Part shown: positions 1 to 10,350 of the stretch, one piece after another
Numbering within the stretch: position 1 is the first letter of the stretch
Layout of the letters: every line of letters begins with the position of its first letter
NCBI GenBank assembly: GCA_021613535.1
Contig: CP075492.1
Location: 6,200,001 to 6,264,000, forward strand
DNA length: 64,000 bases
From: Adineta vaga
Lineage: Eukaryota; Animalia; Rotifera
Reading direction: 5' to 3'
Notes under the pieces: model-generated
Told to the model about the DNA's origin: nothing
Seen by the model: only the letters and a program-made list of their open reading frames with translations
The model's database searches: none
Position numbers and translations under genes: made by a program

Positions 1-1676
1 GACAGGAAGAATGGATGAAAGAATGGTCAAAGATTAAAGGAATCTTTACAGAAATAATGTCGGTATGTGGAACTCTTAGACAAGGCTGTACAACAATATG
101 AACAAAATGTGGCACCTATAAGTTTCGTCGGATTTGGTAAAAGATGGGATCAATTACATCCTTCTTTTATATATACACAAGTCTTGAAAGAAATCGTATG
201 TACCATCAAATTCGATGATGTATCCTTACAAGATTACGTCGATTATTGTCGTGAAGTTTTTGTCGACAATCAAGAAGAACTGAGTAATGTGGCACTATTG
301 GAACGTAGATATTATCACCAAACGTTTGGTGGCACAGCTGTGACTGTTTCTTATCTCCTATGCTCAATCGTGGTCTTCGACTAATGGATAGCGTTATCGT
401 AACACGGATGGGTTTCTTTATTAATGATTTACAACGACACATCGAACAACTATACAAAGAACAATGTACTACTGAAGTCTTCACAGTTTATCATGGACAA
501 GGATTATCGAGCAAAGATTTTGAACAACTGAAGCAAACCATAGGTGGAATGATATCATTTAATAGTTTCTTGTCTACTAACAAAGTTCTTACAGTGCCAT
601 TTTCATTTGCTCAACGAACTGCAACTGATCCAAATTTAGTTGGAATTCTATTTGTAATGAAAATAGATCCAATTCAATCAAGTACACCATTTGCTTCAAT
701 TCGTGGTATTAGTGCCGTTCCAGAAGAAGATGAAGTACTTTTTTCTATGCACAGTGTGTTTCGCATTCAAAATATTAAACCAATAGGTGCAAACAACAAA
801 CTCTACGAAGTAAACTTGATCCTTGCCAATGGCAATGATAAAGATTTATGCATACTTACTGATCGCATTCAAAAAGATAGTTTTTCAGACGATCAAGGAT
901 GGTATCGATTGGGTTCAGTACTATATAGGATGCGGCAATATGATAAGGCAGAGGAGATTTATGAAATATTACTTGATCAAACAGCGGAAGAAATTGAAAG
1001 CGCATCAATTTATAATCAACTTGGTTCAATTAAAAATGATCAAGAGAAATATCGAGAAGCACTTATGTTCTACGACAAATCACTTGTTATTAAAGAAAAA
1101 CTTTTGCCTCCAAATCATCCTAGTGTAGCTATGTCGTACAACAATGTCGGTGTGGTATACAAAAATATGAGTGACAATTCAAAAGCAATTTCATTTCATG
1201 AAAAAGCTGTTGCAATTCGACAAAAATCACTACCTGCTGATCATCCAGATTTGGCGATGTCTTATAACAATATCGGTGTGGTATATCAAAATATGGGTGA
1301 TTATACGAAAGCACTTTTATTTTATGACAAAGCTCTTGAAATTTGGCAGCAAGTGCTTCCTTTAAATCATCCTGAATTAGCTATGTGCTACAACAACATC
1401 GGTGTAGTATACAAAAACTTAGGTGATTATACGAAAGCACTTTTATATTATGATAAAGCTCTTACCATTCGACAACAAGCTCTTCCTTCAGATTATCCTC
1501 AGTTAGCTGTGACACACAACAACATCGGTTTGTTGTATGAAAATATGAATTACAACTCAAAAGCTCGTTCATTTTATGAAAGTGCTGTACAACTTGGAAA
1601 ACAATTATTACCAACGAATCATCCTCACCTTCAAACGTATGAAATAAACTTAGAACGTATAAAAAAGAAGTTGTAA
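1..1676 (+). pseudogene. ADP-ribosyltransferase (R-S-E type)-TPR protein, 5'-truncated by window edge, two frameshifts
   Basis: Frame 3 gives EEWMKEWSKIKGIFTEI, shifts at ~84 to AVQQYEQN...FIYTQVLKEI, and shifts again at ~325 to WWHSCDCFLSPMLNRGLR. ART motifs VYHGQ / SFLSTN / EEDEVLF are followed by ~42-aa TPR repeats (HPDLAMSYNNIGVVY). The conserved Arg is replaced by His. Confidence 0.8.
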
Positions 1677-1860
1677 TTCTGATTTATTTTTTTTTCGTTC
1701 TTTATCAACAAGAAAAAGCTATTCAATCAATAATATAGGTGCATACCTATAAAGTAACTTCTTTAGTTCTCTTAAAACACAAAACGGCTGTTAATCTTTG
1801 TTTCCATACACTGAAATTGTGATATAAACAATAATATATACATATATAATTTCATAATGA

Positions 1861-2862
1861 TTAATTGTGATATAGTTTTGGAGGTTTAAACATCGCACTT
1901 ACTCCTTGTGTCTTTCTTTTCCATAATGAAAACCGTTCACATCTGGGACAGTATACTTCAAGTACATCGATTCGTTCGCTACGACATTTCTTCGGTAGAT
2001 AACTAATGAACCAATTATAGGGACGTGGTTGTAACGATGTATCTAATGGAAAATGACATTTCGATTTACATTTCAAACATCGACTTGGACTTGGATACAT
2101 AGAGAAAAATTCAACAGGTCCAGCAACAAGTAATTGACTTTGTATATCGAACATATTGTGACGAAGATTATGTTGAAGTTCATCATGAAAGAAATACATA
2201 ACTGAAATCATCAATATATTTTAATAAAAGTTTTTTCTTTCTTTCTTTCTTTCTTGAAACTCTTACATATTCGATGATTACGTTTCAATGGTCGAACATT
2301 TTTAATCGATGATCGAATTGTGATATATTTAAAGAATAAAGTTTCACAAAATGTACATCTATTTAAATGAATAATAAAGATTGTGAACTTTCATTCAAGA
2401 ATTATTACCTTGAACCACATCCGTACATTGCACTAGCTGTCATCCACGAACGTTTCCGACGTTGTCCATGTAAATATTGAAATCTAGCTTTAGCATTTCG
2501 AAATATAGGTATGATTTCCTGTGATTGATGTTTATCTTCGTCTAGATCCAGTAATAATTCATTTCGAAAAAAAATATATTCTAAAACATACCTAGCATTT
2601 CACTTTGAATAGCATTATTCCATAAATGATCGTTATTGTCAATCAATGCTTTGAGAGTTTGATTGACTCGTGAAAGTGAACATAAATCAATATATGATAC
2701 ATGTGGAAGGATATGATAAACAAGTAATTCGGGTGGAAGATCAAACAAAGATAGGGAAGTTGTCAGCATAAAATTATTCAATGGATTATCACAACATTGT
2801 TTGTCTTTCACTATTGACAATGTTCGCTGATGACCAGAACAATGACTAACGAGTTGACCCAT
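1861..2862 (-). CDS. F-box protein with Cys-pair-rich C-terminus, 4 exons
   Basis: F-box motif LFDLPPELLVYHILPHVSYIDLCSLSRVNQTL. GT-AG introns splice in frame (exons ~2862-2592, 2541-2409, 2358-2267, 2201-1861). CxxC pairs CTFC, CLKC, CPRC. Confidence 0.75.
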
Positions 2863-3356
2863 GGGTAAATAAACAATGATTCTTTAATAGCTACTATGTA
2901 ATTTGAACTCAATATCGACGATCGTTTCCTATTATTTTATTGGAGCATTATGCAAATAAAATAACAGTGTCAGATGATAATCTTTAGTTTCTCATCGATT
3001 TTTTCGTCTAAGTAATAAGATTTTTTTAATGATGCATATCGAATAAGCAAGAGAGTATAATGAGAAAAACCTTCTTATTTGCTTTTGAATATCACACGTG
3101 TTCGATCATTTTTACCTTTCCCTTTATATAAAGTCGTTACGGTATTGTATAATGTGAAAAACATACAAAAGCACAAGTTTTACTAGATATAAAATACTCC
3201 TATTATTGCTTATAAACATTTGCTGACACGACATGTCTGCGAATAATATTAGTTGGAAAAGACATGATGTCTGTGAAAATGATCACGAATGCAATAAAAT
3301 GAAGAATCGTTGCGTATTTGTTTGAATATATATATTACCATATAACATAATACCTG

Positions 3357-3825
3357 TCTCAATAAGATTTTGACGTTGTAATCGAGCTAATACAGCCGTA
3401 GTATTACCATCACTCACAGCGATAATTTGTTGATTTTGAAAGTTTGCATGAACAGATATTCGGAAATGTTCGTTAACTGATCTTATAAATAATTATCTTC
3501 AACATGTATTATATGATCATGAATAAGTGAACCATGCGTTCGATGAATATACCAACTCCAGCATGTTATAAGCAAATAGAGACAAGAGGTACAGCATCGA
3601 GTGCTTTGTTATCAGCTGCTTTGTGTGCACATACAATAGATCCAATAAAAACTGCTAAGACAATGATATTGAAGAGAAAAATCTGTCCGTTTGATAATGA
3701 TTATATTGTCTAACATCTCGTGCTTGACCTAATTGCAGTTGAACATCCACTCGATTACTAGTTACAATGACTGTATCATCGTTACTTTCAATTGTAGATA
3801 CATACTGTTGATGCGCCATATCCAT
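3357..3825 (-). pseudogene. Decayed gene for a small membrane protein
   Basis: Protein-like segments in shifting frames (MDMAHQQYVSTIESNDD; GQIFLFNIIVLAVFIGSIVCAH; CWSWYIHRTHG; NFQNQQIIAVSDGNTTAVLARLQ) are broken by stops and frameshifts. Confidence 0.35.
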
Positions 3826-4246
3826 GTTGAAAAATGATCTTCTTTAGTATACTTATCTCTTTTATATAATTCGTTGAAATCTTATAGAAAAATAATATCT
3901 CACTCTTTTTCTTTATTTATCGGAGGTAATGCAAATATTTCTAATATAAAATGTATACATGATGTAGATCTCTATTTAATTTCACATACATAACTGAGTT
4001 TTTTTAAAGACCCTCGAGAAGAATGTATGTGTGAAGGAATAAAAAAATTGTATTTGTTTTTGGCTGTTCTTCCGACTTCTTTGCGTTACTATAGAACAAA
4101 TCATAACACTCAAGTTTTTTCAAAGGAACAGTGTATGCAGAATTTCTTTTTTTCCAACATTGAATCTACAGGCAGTTAAAACATCAGTAGAACACAATCG
4201 TACATAAAGAAATTTTGTCTTTTGCGAGGACGTAAGAGAAATAATT

Positions 4247-6293
4247 ATGGCAAGTAAAACTAATAAAACTTCTCATTCAAATTATGAGACTTTAGAAACA
4301 TTTTCTCTTATTTGGCTTGATTCGCATGTAAATAAATCAGAAGATAATGAAAAAATACAACAAAAATTACAACAAATTATCACACATTTGAAAACATTTG
4401 ATGATCCACAAGAATGTCAAGAATATATTTCATCTCTTTCATCTAAAAATCGTGTTATTCTCATTATTAGTGGCCGATTTGGTCGAGAATTATTACCTCA
4501 TATTCATTCATTTCCACAAATTGTAGCAGTTTATGTTTTTTGTATGGATAAACAAGCTAATGAACAATGGGCAAAAGAATATTCCAAGGTTTAATACACA
4601 TATATTTACTTTAGCAATTAACATTTCGTATTATGTTTTAGGTTAAAAGTGTAGTGGTTCGAGCGAAAGATCTGATTGCTGAAATAAAGACATATGAAAA
4701 GAGTCCAGAAAATGTTGAAGAACCACTTTTATTCAGTGTATCGTCGGGTGATGGTCATTCAACGACAGATATCAATGGTCATTTCGTTCATTTTCTTCTT
4801 TTAATCGATGTTCTTCTTCGAATCAAACCAGACGAAGTAGATAAAGCGTCCTTAATCAAACGATGTAAAGAAAAAAATCGAGATCACCCTGAAGAAGTGT
4901 TGAATATTTCTAAATTTAAACATGAATATACAGCTGAAAATGCTCTACAATGGTATACTCGTGATTCATTTTTATATAAAATGTTAAATCAAGCATTACG
5001 TTTTCAAGATATTGATTTATTATTTTTGTTTCGTTTTGTTATCGCTGATATGTGTCGACAATTAAAAGAATTCCAATATCAAACTCGTGTCAAAGTTTAT
5101 CGTGGTCAGATAATGTCGAAAGGTGAACTTGATACTCTTCAACAATCGAAGGGTAAATTAATTTCGATTAATTCGTTTTTTTCAACTAGTATAGTTCCAA
5201 AAGAGGCATTAAGATTTTTAGAGAGTGCGTCATTTTCTAATGATTCACAAAGAATATTATTTGTGATTGATGCGGATCCTAACGTAGTAAAATCGAAACC
5301 ATTTGCGGATCTAAGTGAAGTCAGTGAATATGAAAAGGAAAAAGAAGTTTTATTTATGGTGGGATGTGTTTTTCGTTTAAATGATGTTCAACGCAATAAA
5401 GAACAAATATGGGAGATTAAAATGGAACTTTGTGGTGATGATAATCATGATTTAAAAATTCTTTTCGATCATATGAAAGCGAAATATGGAGGTGGTGATG
5501 GAGAAGTCAATCTTCGTTCTTTTGGTGAAGTTTTACGTAAAATGGGAAAATTTGATGCAGCAGAAACAATGTATCAACGGTTACGCAGCGAACTTTCTGA
5601 TGGGGATCCTCAACTATTTTCTTTATATTACTCATTAGGTCAAGTAACTTTAGAAAAAGCTCAGTACGATGAAAGTCTTAAATGGTTCCAACAGTCATTA
5701 GAAATTATAATGCGAACAGATTCATCCAATTATGTTGATATAGCTGCAGTCTATGGTTGGATTGGAAATGTTTATCTAAAGAAAGATGTCATCGTATAGC
5801 AGGAAATTTTTATCATAAAGCTATTGAACTTTTCAAACAAGCGCATGATGAAGATCATGAAGATCTCGCTTATCTTTATAATAATATTGCTGTTATCTAC
5901 AAGACCGAAGAAAAACATCAAGAAGCATTAAGATACTATCAAAGATCATTAGATATTAGAAAAAAACATTTGCCAAAGAATCATCGAGATATTGCTATTT
6001 CACATAATAATATGGGATGTGTTTATCTTGCTCTTGAAGAATATGATTGTGCTATGAAACATCATAAACAAGCATTAGAAATTCGAATAAAATCACTTCC
6101 GCCAGGACATCCAGAGATTGCCACGAGCCATGCAAATATTGGTTCAGTATATGCGGCAGAAAGTGATTGGCAATTAGCATCGGAGAATTATAAAAAAGCG
6201 TTAGATATATGTCGTGATGCATTACCAGATCAACATCCAACGAAAATAAAAATCGAAGAAGATTTCAAGCGTATATCATCAAAATTAAAATGA
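4247..6293 (+). CDS. Receiver-like domain - ADP-ribosyltransferase - TPR protein (intron 4589-4641; 1-bp frameshift at ~5783)
   Basis: N-terminal LIWLD...LIISGRFG...VYVFC domain; intact VYRGQ / SFFSTS / EKEVLF; TPR repeats. The GT-AG intron is in frame. Restoring one A in AAAGAAAGATGT gives LKKRCHRIAG and joins the two ORFs. Confidence 0.85.
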
Positions 6294-6699
6294 TACTTTT
6301 TTGTACGAGAATGTCACGAGTTTGTTTATATTTTCTTTTTACTAAAATTAAATAATTATTTGAACTCAATCTATTATCATTCGGTATTTTCTTCAACTTA
6401 GAACTAAATTCATCTATCATATAACTATCTGTATAGCACTTAACATTGTGAAATGAATAAATAGATTCTAACGATGACTATTTTGATTAAATTAAATTTC
6501 GATTTCTGACACGTCGCAGATGATTCACTCCTTCTAAAAGAGGACCATTGGTAAGTTAAAAACAATTCGAAAAGTATTGTTGCAAACATTTATTAGATTG
6601 AATTGTTAATTTGTATGCATAGATGAAGGTAAAAAGTAATTGTGGAAGATACCTAAAAGAACAATGATATAGATTGTTTTCACGTCCTATCTTGTCAAA

Positions 6700-7602
6700 C
6701 TATGCGCAGTTGAATTGAAGTGAAATAGGAAAATGATCAGAAATATCACCAATTTCATCATGAACCAGGGCGGGCGACATTGCTAATTCATTCAATGACG
6801 CTGAAACGAGATAATGATCAATCCAGTGTTGTGTACGAATACCATTAGCATTCAAACCAACTCTTGTTGGCTTGTTAGTTGTTATGGAGCCTAACAGACC
6901 CGAAGATACTTTGCCATATGTGAATGCGCCAATCTTTTTCATAAATACGTTATATTTGCAATTCATATCACCGACTAATACAAAGAAACTATTATCGGCT
7001 GGCCACGAAATATTTTGTAATAGTGACATAGAAGCTTGGTCTTCAAACGGCACATGCGTATTGATAACACATAGACCGGATGAAGTTATCACAGTAAGTG
7101 CACCTTTCCCAGGATCAGCAGGACATGGCGTCCAATAAATTTGATCATTGGAAGAAGCACCAGTAGGATCGTAATGAATCGTGACGAGACTTTCATTTGG
7201 ATCATTATACAATGGTCCTTTGATTTGTCCTCGAACTTTCGGTATACGAGAATAAGTATTGAGATGAAACATTGGTTTATTAGACAAAGTAGAACCTACA
7301 TGTGAATTAAGCATCTGATTCAACAATGGCAACAAATCACCAGGTACTTCTTGCAAACAAATAAAACATTCCATTGAGCAATATTTTATTAATAAATCAT
7401 TCAATGTTTTTATAATATCGTTCAATCGCAATTTTTCATTCGACCAGTTTTCTTTAATTGCATATCGATTGATTACTGGACTCGAATCATACACATAATT
7501 TATTTCATGAATCATATGCAATACATTCCAACTAATAACAACAAAATTTTGTTGCATTTGTTTGTTTGTATGATTAACTTCTCCCGTTGAAAATGATGCC
7601 AT
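6700..7602 (-). CDS. Endonuclease/exonuclease/phosphatase (EEP) family hydrolase, intronless
   Basis: Motifs SWNV, CLQEV, NTH, GDMN, IDH, SDHFPI in the expected order. Confidence 0.85.
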   Translation of the reverse strand: MASFSTGEVNHTNKQMQQNFVVISWNVLHMIHEINYVYDSSPVINRYAIKENWSNEKLRLNDIIKTLNDLLIKYCSMECFICLQEVPGDLLPLLNQMLNSHVGSTLSNKPMFHLNTYSRIPKVRGQIKGPLYNDPNESLVTIHYDPTGASSNDQIYWTPCPADPGKGALTVITSSGLCVINTHVPFEDQASMSLLQNISWPADNSFFVLVGDMNCKYNVFMKKIGAFTYGKVSSGLLGSITTNKPTRVGLNANGIRTQHWIDHYLVSASLNELAMSPALVHDEIGDISDHFPISLQFNCA

Positions 7603-7893
7603 TGCAATTATGCAAAAGTCTGAAATTAATTAAAAGAATATTGTATAAATTGTGTTTAGAAGAAAAATATTGATAAATGACGGTATTTGAAACTTTATCT
7701 ATGTTGAATCATCGATGATAAAAGATGAAAAGATAAAATGGTATGTAATTTCTTTGATAATATTTATTGAACTCTTCTGTCTAATAAAAATATAATCAAG
7801 GGATTAGAAAGGAAATAGTTTGTTCATTTGTAGAAATTCTGTATCAATTCAGTATGTAGAAGACAATTATGTATTTGGTCTGTTTTGTGGATA

Positions 7894-9865
7894 TCAGTCA
7901 TGTATATATGTTTTCATATGTTCACGATCGGATCTCCTAGAGAGAAGAAATTTATTTTTTAATATGAAAAGCATTGATTCGATATTGAACATACTTTGCA
8001 CATCCATCACCGAAACGACATTTTTGTTTATCCGAACGAACAGTGCGACTCGTATCTTTCGAAGGATGAGAATACTGCTTACGATGATCGGTATCATTAC
8101 TTTAAGGAAGAAATATCGATATAAATAGAATTCTAATGACAACGTCAATGATTAAACATACTTATAACATTCAGCTCCATAGCGGCATTTTACTTTGCCT
8201 CCAACATCTTTTGGGTGTGAAAATTTTTGTAGGTGATCTGCATCCTTACTGAAAGAAAACAAAACATTAGACATCTACATGATCATATCATGCCAATCAA
8301 TGTCTACTGACCGAAAGCAGGATGAACCATAACGGCATTCTGATTTATCCGATTCATTACTTGTTCCACCTTTTGGACTTTGATAATCGGAATCACCAGG
8401 ATGTGCATATTCTTCATGATGATCAGCATCATGTCTAAAGACATTATTGATGATGAATAGTGGATGAAAATATTTCTCTAAATTACCTGGTACAAGATCG
8501 GCCATATCTACATGAACGACGTCCTCCGTCTATTGATACAAAAATTGAATGAAATGTCTGTTTTTTTTCTATACAATAATCTTGTCTCTTCACTTACATT
8601 GTGAACTCGATGATGAACCATCACTAGCCACATGTCCCGGTTTTGCAAGTTTTACTGAAAAATAGATAAAAAATATTCATATTTATTCTCAAGTTCTATG
8701 TTCAACTATACTTACATAAACCTTGACGAACATCATTTGGCACTCTCACATTACAAACATCATCAATTGGACCGAAATTTTCATGTAATGCTTGAAAAAG
8801 TTTACTGAATACAGGATGAGCTTTTAATTGTAATAATGTTGCTTTAGCGCTAGCTCGTTCCTCGGGGTTTTTCTTTAATAAAAGTTCAATAATCAATTTA
8901 TAACCACCAATATCTGGTATAACAACATCATCTGCATCAGGATCATTACAAAAATTCTCAAACTCATATATATCTTTCCAAGGTAAACCTCCGCAAAATA
9001 AGAGATAAAACATAACACCAGCTGCCCAAGCATCGGATTTTTTATGTAAATGTCGTGTAACAAGATTTTTTGAATTACGTTTTAAAAATTCCGGTGAAAC
9101 AAAGAATGGAGTAAAGCCTTTTGTCATGTCAACTGTATGTTGTGCAAGACGTGTATTCATTTTTTCTATTGTACCAAAATCAATTAATTTAATAGAGAAA
9201 TTCTTGTCATTTGGAACAATAACAAGATTTTGTGGTTTGATATCACCATGAATAATATTTATTTTTTCCAAGAATGCTAATGCTCGTAGAACATAGAGAA
9301 TAATAATCATTCCAACAATAGCAATTTCTTCTGCATCACCATCGGTAACTTTACTCACCCAAAATGTCGCAAGATCACATGCAGCAAGTTCCATAGCAAT
9401 AAAAATACCTTCTTTTGTTACTTTACTTCCGTAAAATTCAATAATTGGATGATTTACGATCTGAATTTGTTTCGTTAAACGCATGAAATTAACTTCATTC
9501 TTGATTTCTTGATCTAATGCTGGTGTATATTCCATGACTTTAATGGCAACAATTTGATTTTTATTTTTTACTTTGGCCTTATGAACTTCTCCAAAACCAC
9601 CACGATTAACAAACTCAACGAGTTCATAAATAACTCCTTCAATTTCAATTTCTTTTTTTTCTTTACGTATTACAGTTTCATTAGCTCCCGCTTTCAATGC
9701 AAGCATGAGAATCATTTTCGCCATTTGTTCTACATTTTCTTGCTGTTGTCGTTGACTTTCTTCTTGTTGTTCAGCAAAACGTTTCGCCATATCGGCATTT
9801 TGTTTCATTAACATTTTTTGTTGTTGTTCTAATTCGTTAATCTTTTTGGAACTATTGTTACCCAT
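7894..9865 (-). CDS. Ser/Thr protein kinase with predicted N-myristoylation site, coiled coil and four C-terminal PBZ (zf-CCHH) fingers, 7 exons
   Basis: Starts MGNNSSK. Kinase motifs RGGFGEV, AIK, HGDIKPQN, DFG, SPE. Exons 9865-8716, 8654-8598, 8529-8487, 8434-8312, 8248-8162, 8099-7995, 7936-7894 give CRYGRSCTRHDADHHEEYAH, CRYGSSCFRKDADHLQKFSH, CRYGAECYNNDTDHRKQYSH, CRFGDGCAKRSDREHMKTYIH. Confidence 0.88.
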
Positions 9866-10350
9866 GTTTTTAGACAAGTATTTCGAAAGAAAACTGACAA
9901 TATCAAATGAAATATAGTGTTGTCTGTATGCGTTTCTGCTCCTCTAATGTTATGTTGGTAAAAATAGAGACGCACAGAAAAATTCGCCGAAATATTCTCT
10001 CTCTTACCTATGTATTTATCGCAGCATAGCAGCATGTAGGATGCGTTGTTTTTCTCTCCAGTATAGCAAGGAAGAAAAAGAACTTGTGTGAAATTGAATC
10101 ACTTTTTTTTGTCGTGGTAGGAAGAAGAAAAAAGACGTTTTAACATTCCTGTAAACTACCTAGCAACCGACTTCAATTCGAGATAAGCAGAGTAACAAAA
10201 ATAAAAGATTAATTTCGAGAACTCAAAATCATGAAGATGGATGTGGATAAAAGTTTAGAAGAATGTCATGCTCGATTGAAAATTCTAATCGAGTCTAATT
10301 AAATAATAGCTGATATATATTTATTCACTATAAGTCAATAACATTAGCTT

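Noticed and set aside
1120-1560. ~126-bp periodic nucleotide repeats
   Set aside because: Fully explained by 42-aa TPR coding repeats.
5757-5799. Programmed ribosomal frameshift in the ART-TPR gene
   Set aside because: No canonical slippery heptamer or obvious downstream structure; a 1-bp A-run deletion is simpler.
7820-8148. Hydrophobic ORFs 7820-8128(+) and 7894-8148(-)
   Set aside because: Shadow or intron read-through frames of the PBZ exons.
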